DNA from: Blastocladiella emersonii ATCC 22665
Lineage: Eukaryota > Fungi > Blastocladiomycota
Assembly (NCBI GenBank): GCA_025594325.1
Contig: JANHCV010000010.1
Span: 62,001 to 126,000 of the forward strand
Length of the DNA stretch: 64,000 nucleotides
Reading direction: 5' to 3'
The notes beneath the pieces were generated by a model, which worked only from the letters and a program-made list of their open reading frames with translations, made no database searches and had not been told where the DNA came from. Shown one piece after another: positions 10,459 through 21,678 of the stretch (position 1 is the stretch's first letter; the number at the start of each line of letters is the position of its first letter). The position numbers and the translations under genes were made by a program.

Positions 10459-11758
10459 TGTGGCCCTCGCGCGGGGACGGTTGCCGTCAACGTGCGAGGG
10501 GTGCGGAAGGGGACGGAGCCGCACACAATTTCTTATATATACTACCAGTTTCGCTCGGATCTCACTCTCTCTCACGGACGACAGGATCCATGCGCGTGTA
10601 TTTGAGGCCGACGACTACTCGCGGGTGCCCTCGCGATGCCGCGCTCTGCTCTCGCCGCCGCGACGCGTCGGTCGATCCCGCTGCTCTGCTGGTCCCGCGC
10701 CACCGGTGCTCCGCGCGGAGCAGAGTATCCGGCGCCGTGACAGCATAAAAGGCCGCGTGTACGCAGCGGGTCCCACGGGGCGGTGGCGCGCAAGCTGGAG
10801 CGCGTCGCCGTGCAAGCTGCGGCGTGCCGGCCGTCGAGCGACTTCGCGCGCGTGAGCGACGGGCCCTCGGGAGGCGACGCGTCCCGCGAACCACTGCACC
10901 GTTCCCGCCGTTGTCGAGGGCAACACGGCGGACCTGCTGGACGGGTGCGTCTCGCGGACGCGGGGGGAGGTCGCGAGGAGGTGACGCGGCGGGTGGAGGC
11001 GGTGTGCGCATGCGACGTGAACACGTAAGCGGCGGGATACACGCCGTAGCTCCTTGCCGTGGCGCGCTGTCACGCCGACGGCGGTCGCCCGCGTCAGCGC
11101 CGTCGAGCCGGTGCTCGCGTGCGTGCCATTCGGGGCGAGATCGCGGCGGCGTAGGGTCCGAAGGCGGGCCACCCGCAGCCCGTCCAGTTGCGTCGACAGA
11201 GGAGCGTTGTACGCGAGGGTCGTGCCGGCGCTCAGCGCGCCGCGACGTCCGTCGGCCGGCGGCCCGGGACGCGCTCGGGCCCGACGGATGGCGAAGCAAC
11301 CGACCGCCGCGATGGTCCGGAGCGTGGCGGAGCGCGCCGCAACGGTGGCGGAGGCGGCAGTGGTGGCGGAGGCGCACGTGCAGCGATGGCAAGGTCGAAG
11401 CGAAACGATCTGCCCTGTTCCGGGTCTTTCCGAGGCTTGCTTCGTCGATGACGCAACAGTGTGAAACTTGAAACATAGCAAAGGTAGCTGTGTTCCGGCT
11501 TCTTCCGGCGCCGATCATCTCGGTTGCCTCACGTGCGGGTGCTCCATCAGCGCCTGATTCCATCAATGGATCTTATCGCTGCGTGCCGCGTCCGCGCGCG
11601 CGACTCGCGGCGGGTCGCGGCGGCGCGCTGATCAGCTGCCCCGCCGCCGTCGTCGTCATCTCTCCCGGCCCGGGTCCCCGGCCCCGCCTCGTCCGTTCTT
11701 AAGATTCAATTCAACCGCACCCGGTTGGCCCCGACCTCGTTGCCGAGGAGCGCTCCAG

Positions 11759-11764
11759 TATAAA
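11759..11764 (+). promoter_or_regulatory. TATA box candidate for the forkhead gene
   Basis: TATAAA 60 nt upstream of ATG 11824, followed by a pyrimidine-rich leader. Confidence 0.5.
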
Positions 11765-11823
11765 GTCGAGCCGTCCCCCACGCTCCCCTCCATCGCACCC
11801 TCCCCCACAACGCCAACAAGACC

Positions 11824-12822
11824 ATGAGCCCTGCGACCTCGCCGACCCCGCTCAGCCCACCCTCCAACACCACCAACCTCATGTCCAATCCCACGCCCAC
11901 GTCGACCTCCACGTCGCCTGCTGCCGCCGCCGCGGCCACGGGCGGCTGCCTGTTCATCCCGCAGCTTGAGCCCTACGCCGAGTCGGCCCACGCCTCATCG
12001 GCGGCCGCGGCCGGCGCCGAGATGCTCGCCGCGACCACGCTCGCGACCATTGCCGCGCGCCTCGGCCCGCAGCAGCAGCAGCAATCGGCCGCGCCGGCGC
12101 AGGGACTCGCGTCGCCGCCGCTCTCGCCGTCCTCGCCCACCACCCCGACCTCGGAGACGAACGAGCAGGCCGGCGCGTCCAGCAACGGGTCCGGCGCGCC
12201 GCAGCTCCGCCGCAAGCGCCGGCGCCCGCCCAAGAACTACGTGGTGCTCATCGCCGAGGCCATCCTCGCGTCGCCCTCGCGGTGCCTGTCGATCAAGGAG
12301 ATCTACGCCTACATCAGCTCGCAGTACAAGGCCCACTACAACGACCCCGAAGATCTCGGCTGGCAGAACACGGTCCGCTACAACCTGTCGCGCAACGCGT
12401 GCTTCACCAAGCTGTCGTACCTCAAGTACCTGCGCCAGCCCTCGCCCACCTCGCCCTCCTCCGCCGCCACCGACGTGGTGCTGCCGCCGACCCCGCCCGC
12501 CGCCTCGTCGCGCACCTCGTACTGGACCATCTCGCCCGCCTACCTCGCCCACTTTGAGCGCGGCATGTTCCACGTCGAGCTCGACCCCGCCGCCGTCGCT
12601 GCTGCGGCTGCCATCGCCCCGCCCTCGCCCGTCACGTCATCGGCCGGCACCCCGCCGCCGGGCCGCCCCGCGACCCCCACCCTCTCGCCCGCCCCGCGCA
12701 CCGCCGCGCTGCGCGCTCCGGCCATGGCCTCCCCGCGATACTCGCCCTACGCGCGCCCGGCCTCGCCGACCGTGTCGGTCGCGGGGCCCAACAAGATGGC
12801 CCTCGCCTTCCTCATGTCGTGA
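11824..12822 (+). CDS. Forkhead (winged-helix) transcription factor
   Basis: RPPKNYVVLIAEAILASPSRCLSIKEIYAYIS...GWQNTVRYNLSRNACFTKL, the canonical FH domain; intronless. Confidence 0.93.
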   Translation: MSPATSPTPLSPPSNTTNLMSNPTPTSTSTSPAAAAAATGGCLFIPQLEPYAESAHASSAAAAGAEMLAATTLATIAARLGPQQQQQSAAPAQGLASPPLSPSSPTTPTSETNEQAGASSNGSGAPQLRRKRRRPPKNYVVLIAEAILASPSRCLSIKEIYAYISSQYKAHYNDPEDLGWQNTVRYNLSRNACFTKLSYLKYLRQPSPTSPSSAATDVVLPPTPPAASSRTSYWTISPAYLAHFERGMFHVELDPAAVAAAAAIAPPSPVTSSAGTPPPGRPATPTLSPAPRTAALRAPAMASPRYSPYARPASPTVSVAGPNKMALAFLMS

Positions 12823-13286
12823 ACCTGTCTGTCCGTGTCGCTGTGTGTTGTTGTACATATCCCTCCCTCGCTCTCAACCCTGTACCATTTCCTCATTTTG
12901 AACTAGATTCCCCCCCATTTTCACACCAACCTCCACCCGAACGCGTCCGCGACGAGTCGCCGGCGATCGCTCAGCTGACGACGCGTCGGCCATGTGAAAA
13001 AGTCGCTGTGGCGCGCTGCGATCTTTGCATCCAAGCGCTTAGCTTTGCATCAGTCAAGCCAACTCCTCCTGCTCCTCCTCTCTTCTCCACGCTCGCCGAT
13101 CTGCTCCCTGACCTCAGTGCGAACGCTACAGCGAGCCGACTCAACTGCTCAGGGCTCAGGGCGACCCCGGGGGGAGAGCTATCGAATAGGCATCGAATTG
13201 GGGGAAAACTGGGGGAGAAATACAGAAACAGACGGTGGGTGGGGGAGGGATGAGAAACGACGACAACCGAGGACCGAACCGAGAGC

Positions 13287-14708
13287 TTACATGTCGAGGC
13301 AGACACCGCGCTTGATCTTGCCCCAGCCGATGAGACGCCAGTGCTTCTCGATACGGCGCGACAGGGCAATCTTCTCGCCGAGCTCCGTGCAGGCTGGCGA
13401 CGTGAGCTGGATCTTGGCCATGTCGGCCTTGACCGACACGACGCGGCCGCCCGTCGACGTGGACCCGATGTTGACCATGAGCACCTCGTTCTTGGTCAGC
13501 TTCTGCACCTTGGTCTGCTTCTTGTCGTCCGACTTGACGCCGAGCAGGCGGCGCAGCAGGAAGTAGTTGATCTCGAGCTCCGTGTAGATCTGCGGCAGCT
13601 GGCCGACGGCGCCGAGCACCTGGCCGACGAGGCGGTCGGCACGGCACAGCGTCGGGTCGATCTTGGTGCCGACACCGATGAGACCGCCGGGCACGGCGAA
13701 CTTGAGGTCGTTGGACTCGGTGAAGAGCGACACGATCTTGGAGAAGATGGGCTTGCACATGATGCGGCCCTCGGCGTCCTTGGACACGATGCCGGGGCGC
13801 ACCTCGATCTCGTCGCCGAGCTTGAGCACACCGCACAGGATCGAGCCGCCGGCGACGCCGCCCTTGAGGTCGGCCACCTCGGCACCGGGCTTGTTCACGT
13901 CGAACGAGCGGATGACGATGAGGCGGGGCGACGAGGTGAAGTCGCGCACGGGGATGGGGATCTTCTTGACAATGTACTCGTTGACGGCGTCAATGTTGTA
14001 CTTGAGCTGGGCCGAGATGGGCACGATGGGCGCGCCGTCAGCGACGGTGCCCTGCACGAACTTGAGAATCGACTGGTACTGCTCCTTGGCCTGGGCCTCC
14101 TGGATCAGGTCCACCTTGTTCTGCAGGATGATGATGTGCTTGAGCTTCATGATCTCGATGGCGGCGAGATGCTCGGACGTCTGCGGCTGCGGGCACGACT
14201 CGTTGCCGGCAATGAGGAGCAGGGCCGCGTCCATGACGGCGGCACCGTTGAGCATGGTGGCCATGAGGATATCGTGTCCTGTTTGCGGGGAGGGGAGGGT
14301 GCGCGTTAGTTGTTAGGGTCGAGTCGGATCCGAGGTGACGCGTGCAAGCGTACCGGGGCAGTCGACGAACGAGACGTGGCGCAGCAGGCGCATGGTGCCG
14401 GTGCACCCCTCGCGCTCGCACGGGAAGGTCGGGGGCTGGTTGCTGCGGTACGAGCGGTAGCAGCCGGGGCGGTGGCACTCGGCCTCGTTGTCGCACTTGT
14501 AGATCTTGGCGTTGGCGTAGCCGAGCTTGATGGTGATGTTGCGCTCGAGTTCGTTCTTGAAGCGGACCGTCTGCACGCCCGAGATGGCCTTGACGACCGT
14601 CGACTTGCCGTGGGCGACGTGGCCGATGGTGCCGATGTTGATGGTCGCCTGGCGCTCGATCACCTCGGGCGAGAGCGGGTGCAGCGTCGAAATGTCAATG
14701 TCCGCCAT
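13287..14708 (-). CDS. GCD11: Translation initiation factor eIF2 gamma subunit
   Basis: [36 protein letters not shown]|[16 protein letters not shown] (intron 14279-14353), [21 protein letters not shown]. Confidence 0.98.
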
Positions 14709-15185
14709 GATGGGTCCGCGCGGGGTGGTGGCTAGACGGGGGGCGGGGCGCGGGCGGGGCGCCGCGAGTCAGGCGGGTCGATGCATGGGCGTGGAGCGAT
14801 CGGGCGTGCGCCGCGGCACATACGGCGTTGCGTGGAGTCGCGAGCTACGTTGCAGGGGGTGCGTCGGCGCGGGCGCGTGCTGGGATAGGCAGTCGACGTG
14901 CGCGACGGCCGCGGCGGCGGGGCCGGCCGAGCGCCCCGCGAGCGCGGAGGGCCGCGAGGAGGGTCAAAAGTGTTGGGGCGTGCGCTCACCTGACCCGTTG
15001 GAGCGCGGCGCGATCCGCGGGCTGAGACGAGCGAGCGTGCAGCGCCGTGCAGTGCGTCGCACGCTTTCCGAGTCGCTGCCCGCCGTCCATGGCCGCACCC
15101 GCATCCCTGACGCACCCACCCATGAAAACGACGAGACGCACCGACTGAACTGCACTCAACGCCACTCCCGACTCTGCACTGCACC

Positions 15186-18100
15186 ATGAGCATGATCCCC
15201 GTGCCCTCGACGGGCCGGCGGCCCGCGTGGCAGTCGCCGCCGAACCGGACCCCGGGCCCGTCCACGCCGGCCATCAAGGTGGAACCGGGTGCGCATGCCG
15301 CAATGGACGTCGATCCCAGCGATCTGCGCTCAAACCCCGCGCCCGCCGCCGAAGGCACCGCCATGCCGCCGCCGCCGCCATCGACGGGCCTGGTCCGCCC
15401 CAAGCGGCGCCGGTCCAGCAACGGCTCCGACGACCTGCGCGAGCGCATCGCCGTGGGCGTGCGCATGCGGCCCTTCAACCCGCGCGAGGTCGAGCAGGGC
15501 CTGCCCAAGTTCGCGTGGAAGATTGACCGCGACACCATCTCGCAGGCCGTGGGCGACTTTGCCGCCCAGCAGGCCAACCGCTTCCGCTTCGACCACCTCT
15601 ACGACAACACGGCCACCAACGAGCAGGTCTACGCCGACCTCGGCGAGGACATTATCCAGTCCGCCATCCAGGGCTTCAACAGCACCCTCTTCGTCTACGG
15701 CCAGACCGCCTCGGGCAAGACCTGGTCCATGATGGGCACCCGCGACGACTCGGGCATCATCCCGCGCGCTATCCGGGACCTGTTTGCCGCGGCCGACAAG
15801 TCTCAGGTACATTTTCAACGCGTGCATTCACTGCACCAGCTATGGCGCCTCACGGTCGACTAACCGTGCTCATCCACGTCCAGTCCAATGGTTTTACCAT
15901 TCGCATGTCCTACATTGAGATCTACAACGAGACGCTGCGCGACCTGCTCGACCCGAAACGCGACACCACCCTCAAGCTCCGTGAGGGCAGCGACGGCCAG
16001 CCGTTTGTCAGCGGCGCCTCCGACATTCACATCGTGACCCTGCGCGACGCATTTGCCGCCATCAAGAGCGCCGCCAGTACGTGATTGCTCTGTCGCCGCG
16101 GTGTCCAGTGCTCGAGGACTGACCATGACCCGTTCCTGTAGAGGTCCGCGAGACCCACCAGACCGAGATGAACGACTTTAGCAGCCGATCGCACACCATC
16201 CTCACCTTCGTACGTCTCGGGTTCATCGCCTTTCCACGCTTCCCGCCAGTGTAACTGACCGACCTGCAAATCCAGATCATCCAGCAGGGCGACGACGGAC
16301 CCGACGTGCCCGGCCGCGGCATAACCACCTCGCGCCTCAACCTCGTCGATCTCGCCGGCTCGGAGCGCGTCGCCCACACGGGCGCCGATGGCGCGCGCCT
16401 CAAGGAGGGCGGCCACATCAACAAGTCGCTGCACACCCTCAGCCAGGTCATCACCAAGCTCTCGTCGTCCAAGGCCAACGACACGCACATCCCGTACCGC
16501 GACACCAAGCTCACCCACATCCTCAAGCCGTCGCTCGGCGGCAACGCGCGCACCGCGATCCTGTGCACCATCTCGCCGCACACCACCTACCTCGAGGAGT
16601 CGCTCTCCACCCTCAAGTTCGCGTCGCGCGCCAAGTCCGTCTGCAACAAGCCGATCGTCAACCACTCCGAGTTCACCGCCGCCAGCGAGGAGGAGTACAA
16701 GGACCGCCTCCACGTCCTCGAGGCCCGGCTGGCCGCCGGCAAGACCAAGGAGCTCGACCAGGCCAAGGCCGAAAAGGAGCGCCAGCGCATGCAGCGCGAG
16801 CTCGAGAGCCTGCACGAGTTTGTCGCCAGCAAAACCAAGCGCCGCCAGACCCTCTCGGCCGCGTCAGCGGCAGAGCTCCTCGCCGCGAACACGTCGCCGA
16901 CCCGCGCGCACAAGCGCCCGCGCACCGAGGGCATCAAGGAGATGGTTCAGGACCTGACCAAGGACCGCGACTCGGCCCTCGCCCGCATCAAGGAGCTCAA
17001 GGGCGAGAGCGCCGAGCGCCTGGCCGCCCTCGAGGCGTCCGAGGCCCAGATCGCCGCGCACCGCGCCTCCATCGAGACCCTGACCGCCGATCTCGCCGCG
17101 CGCACCGCCGAGTGCGAGAACTTGCAGTCATCCGCCGCCGCGTTGCAGGCGCAGATCGACGCGTTGACCGGCTCGCTCGCCGACTCGACCGCCGAGCGGA
17201 CGCGACTCGCGTCCGAACTCGATGCCGCGCGCGCCGAACACGCCGAGCAGTCGACGGTCCTCGCCGACGTTCGGGCGCAGCTCGCCATCGAGCAGGCGCG
17301 CGCCACCGCCCTGCAGCTCCTCGCCGACGAGCTTCGTCTCCTCCAGCCCGTACACGCCCGCGCCCTCGCCGACGTTGCTGCGCTCCGCGCGTCCGTCGTC
17401 GAGTACCACAACGCGCACGCCGACGCCGAGCACCGCTGCCTCGCGCTCCGGGCCGAGGTCGCCGCCCTCGCCGCCGTGCGCGGCCAGCTCAACGCCTCGG
17501 TCGCGGACCACGCGAACGCGCTCGCCCGCATCCGCAAGCTCGAAAAGCATATCAAGGACCTCGAAGAGTTTGGCGACGCCGACCGCACCGCCCTCGCCGA
17601 GCTGCAGGATGAGCTCGGCGCCTCGCAGGCGCTCGTCGCGAGCCTCGAGGACTCGCGCAACGAGCTCTCCGCGGCGTGGGCCGCCGGGTGCGACGACCTC
17701 GTCGCCAAACACGAGTCGAAATCGCGCGAGCTCGCCGTCGCGCAGGCCGAGAACGCGGCGGCTCTCGCCGCGCTCCAGTCGCAGCTCGACGCCACCGCCG
17801 AGCGACTCGCCGCCCTCGAGCAGGAGCACGCCGCAACGCTCGCGTCCATGGGCAGCGGGTCCGCCGTGTACGAGGCCCGGATCCGCGAGCTCACGGCGCA
17901 GCTCGCAGTCGCGCGCGGCGACGCGCGGCACTCGGACCGCGTCGCCATCGAACGGGAGTCGACGTACGTGGACGCGCTCGCCCGGCTCGATGCCGCCGCG
18001 GAATCGCTCGCCTCCACCAACTCGGTGCTCGGCGAGACCGAGGCGGCGCTGGCCAAGGCCGCGGCGCGCGTCTCGCAGCTCGACTCGGACCTCGCTCTCC

Positions 18101-21100
18101 AGTCCGCGGCGCACGACACGGCGCGCGAGCGCGTCGCCACGCTCGAGGCGCAGGTCGCCCAGCTCGAGTCGGCACGGTCCGCCGCCGAGTCCGAGCTCGC
18201 GCAGACCCGCGAGGCCCTCGCCAGCGTGTCGGCCGAGTGCGAACGGCTCCGCGACGCCAACGCCCTGCTCACGTCGTCGGCGACTGCGCGGCAAGCCGAT
18301 CTCGCCGCGGCGCTCCAGTCCAAGACCGCGGAGTGCGCCGCCCTCGAGGCCGCGCAGTCGGACCTGCACACCGACCTCGCCGCCGCGCGCGCCCGCGCCA
18401 ACGAGTGGGAGGGTGTCGCCGGGACCCGCACGATGGAGATTGCGGCGGCAGTGCTGCGCGCGGACGCCGCCGAGTCGGGGCTCGCCGAGTGGAAGGACAA
18501 GTACACGGCGGCGGCGGCCGAGCTCGCGAGGCGCGACACCGAGATCCTCGAGCTCGAGCAGCAGCTGGACGCCGAGTCAAAGCGCGCGCAGAATGGCGGG
18601 GCCGAGGCTGAGCGCGCGGCCGCACGCGTCGCTGAGCTCACGCAGCAGGTCGAGCAGGCGCGTGCAGCGACCGCCGAGGTGCAGCAGCGGCTCGACGCTG
18701 CCGCCGCCCGCGCCACGACGGCCGAGGCCGATCTCGCAGCGGCGCGCGCGCAGCTCGCCATCAGCGAGGAGGTGCTCGCGACCAACTCGGAGATCGTCAG
18801 CGAGCTCGAGGAGCAGCTCGCCGCTGCCAACAAGGAGCGCGACGAGTTCGCCGCACGCCTCGAGTCGACCAGTTCGTCGACCAACGAGCTCACCACGCGG
18901 CTTGAGACGGCCGTCAAGGACCACGCGTCGGCCGCGGCGCAGCTCGCCGAGACCACCACCACGCTCGAGTCGCTCCGCACACAGCACTTCGAGGTCGTGG
19001 CCGAGCGCGACCAGCTCGCCAAGGAGGTCCAGACTGCCGCGCGCGATCTCACCGCCGCGCGCAAGGACGCCGAGTGCCTCACCGCCACCGTCGACACGCT
19101 GCGCAAGGATCTCGCCGCGACGCAGGCCGCGCGCGACGAGGCGCTCGCCGCGTGCCACGCGCACGAGTCGGCCAAGGCCGCGCTGCAGACCGAGCTCGCT
19201 GCGGCGGTCTCCGCACGCGAAACGCTCGGCGAGGTCGAGACGGCGCTGTGCGCGCGCATGGCCGAGCGCGAGGCGAGCATCGCGGCGCTCGAGACGTTGC
19301 GCGACGAGCTGGCGGCGAAACTCGCGACTCGCGACGTCGAAATGCGCGAGGCCGCGGCCGAGCTCGACGCGCAGGTCCGCCGCACCGAGTCGATTGACGC
19401 GCAGCGCGCGGCGCTCGAGCGCGACCTCGACGAGGTCACGGACGACTTCCAGACCAAGCTCGCCGAGCTCGAGGCCGCGACGACCGCGCTCGCCCAGCAG
19501 ACTCAGGCCGTGGCCGATCGCGACGCGCAGGTCGCCGCGCTCCAGGCCGCCGCCGAAAAGTTCCGCCACCGCGAGGACGAGCTCGTACGGTCCGTGGCCG
19601 TGCTCGAGGCGAGTCTCGCCGCTGCGCGCGGCGAGCACGCGGCGGCTGTTGCGGACGTCCAGGCCAAAGTCGCCGCGCTGAACCAGGTCAAGGCCGAGTT
19701 TGACGCCATGAAGGCCGACGTCGACGCGCAGGCCAAGTTCGTCCAGCAGATCACGGAGCGGCACGCCGCCGACGTTGCCGCGCACCAGGCCGAGATGGCC
19801 GAGATGCGGGCGAACCATGACGCGGCCGTCGCGCAGGTCGCGGAAGGGCAGAAGGAGGTCGAGGAGGTCACGGCGCAGCTCAACGGCGCCAAGAAGCTGA
19901 TCGCGGACCTCGAGGCTGGGGTCGCTGCCCGCACCGCCGACGTCGAGGCCAAGGCCGCCGAGCTGGCCGAGTCGCGCGCCTCGCTCGTCGCGGCCAATGA
20001 GCGGGTAGGTGCGCTTGAGGTCAAGCTCGCCGACCGCGACGGCGCGCTCACGTCCCTCCGCGCCGAGTGCGCCTACCTCACGACGGCGCACGAGCAGCTG
20101 CGGGCCGAGATGAAGACCAAGGTCGCGCAGCGCGACGCCAAGGTGACCGAGCTCGAGTCGGCACTCGCCGACGTGCGTGCTTCGCTCGCTGCGGCTAACG
20201 AGCGGGTGGCCACATTCGAGGTGCAGCTCGCCGACCGGGACGGCGCGCTCGCGTCGTTCCGCGCCGAGCGCACCCAGCTCACGGCGGCGCGCGAGAAGGT
20301 GCAGACCGAGATGAAGGCCGAGCTTACACAGCGCGACGCCAAGGTGGCCGAGCTCGAGTCGACGCTCGCTGGCGTGCACATCAAGCTCGGCAAGTCCGAG
20401 GCGGCGGCGCAGGCGGCACGCAAGGAGCGCGACGCGGTGGCGGCCGATCTGGCGGCCGTGCGGTCCAAGCTCGCGAGTACCCGCAACACGCTCGACGCCG
20501 AGTCTGCGGCGTACGCGTCCTCGCGCGCGCGCGTCGTCGAGCTCACGGCGCAGCTCGAGTCGGCCGAGGCGGGCGCCGGCAGGGCCGCGGCGCTCAAAGT
20601 CGAGGTGGCGGCGCTCACCGAGTCCGTTGCGGCGTTCAAGCGGGCAATTGCGGCGCGCGACGACGAGCTGGTCAAGGTGGACGCGGAGCGGGCGGCGGCG
20701 GTCAAGGCCAAGGCGGCGGTGGACCAGGCGCTGCGGGTGCAGCACGACCGGGTGGCCGAGTTCGAGGCGCGGCTGGCGACGTCGAACGAGACGGCGTCAG
20801 AGCTGGTGCAGGTGCGGCAGCGCATGGAGACGGCCGAGCACGAGGTCGAGTACTGGAAGGCGCAGGCCGAGCACCACAAGAAGCGCGCGGGCGAGCTCGA
20901 GGCCGAGAAGCAGGCGCTGTCGGGCGAGTCGCTCGACGGGTCCATGTACCTCAACAACGCGGTGCGCGCCGAGAAGGAGCTGCACGACGCGCGCGCCGCG
21001 CTCGACGACAAGGCGCAGCAGAACCGGCAGCTGCAGGCGGACCCCGAGGTTGCCAACTCGCGCATCCGCATGCTCGAGGACCGGCTCAGCGTGCGCGTCC

Positions 21101-21678
21101 AGCCGACCGCGCCGACACCCCTGCAGCAGCATCACCATCACCAGCGGCCGCTGGCGTCGCTCACCAACGCGTCCATGGCGCCGCCCAAGACGCAGCCCGG
21201 TGCTCACGCGAGTCTCGCGCAGCTCAACCGCCGGCCCGCGGCGCTTCGGTCCGTTGCGTCGACGCCCGTCGCGCCGACGGCTCCCGACACCAACCAGCGG
21301 GCTCCGCAACTCGTACTCCCAGGCGCGATGAAACCGCCCGCATTCAGCGTGTTTCAGTCGGCGACCAAGCGCGCGAGCAGCACGCCCAACGCGTCGGCGA
21401 CGGCGGCGGTTGCAACAAGTCCAGCGGCGGCCGCCGCGAGCGGGGTGCTCGCGTCGCTCGAGGCGCGGACGTCGCGGTCAGCGCGGCTTGCAGCGGCCAC
21501 CGCCGCCGGGCTAAAGCGGTCCACGTCCACGCCGGCAGCACACGGTCCGAGTGCCACGCCAGCAGCAGCGGCAGCAACGGCGGCGACGCCCATGCCCGGA
21601 ACACGGTCCCGCGCGGGACAGCAACCGGCGCCGACGCCAGGCGGGACCGGCGTGTCGGAACAGTGCACGCACCAGTAG
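15186..21678 (+). CDS. Kinesin-7 (CENP-E-like) with very long coiled-coil tail
   Basis: Motor motifs YGQTASGKT, SYIEIYNE, NDFSSRSH, LVDLAGSER, INKSL, HIPYRD, LGGNART; introns 15807-15883, 16077-16141 and 16210-16275; about 1400 aa coiled coil; ends CTHQ*. Confidence 0.92.
19978..20379 (+). repeat. Internal tandem duplication, 2 x 201 nt (67 aa), in the kinesin stalk
   Basis: ASLVAANERV...LADRDGAL...QRDAKVTELES (from 19978) versus ASLAAANERV...LADRDGAL...QRDAKVAELES (from 20179). Confidence 0.85.

Noticed and set aside
10500-10548. GTGCGG...CCGCAC stem as a Helitron 3' terminal hairpin
   Set aside because: Short stem with a long loop and no CTRR terminus at the expected distance; kept only as weak support for the composite hypothesis
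10562-11700. Overlapping ORFs upstream of the forkhead gene
   Set aside because: No consistent codon bias, domain or splice pattern; more likely regulatory or decayed sequence
16947-21331. Very long antisense and alternate-frame ORFs (e.g. 836, 722 and 819 aa) over the kinesin; similar ones over RPO41, LONRF, the RRM gene and others
   Set aside because: Shadow ORFs caused by extreme GC3 bias of the real genes; Arg/Ala/Ser-rich with no domains
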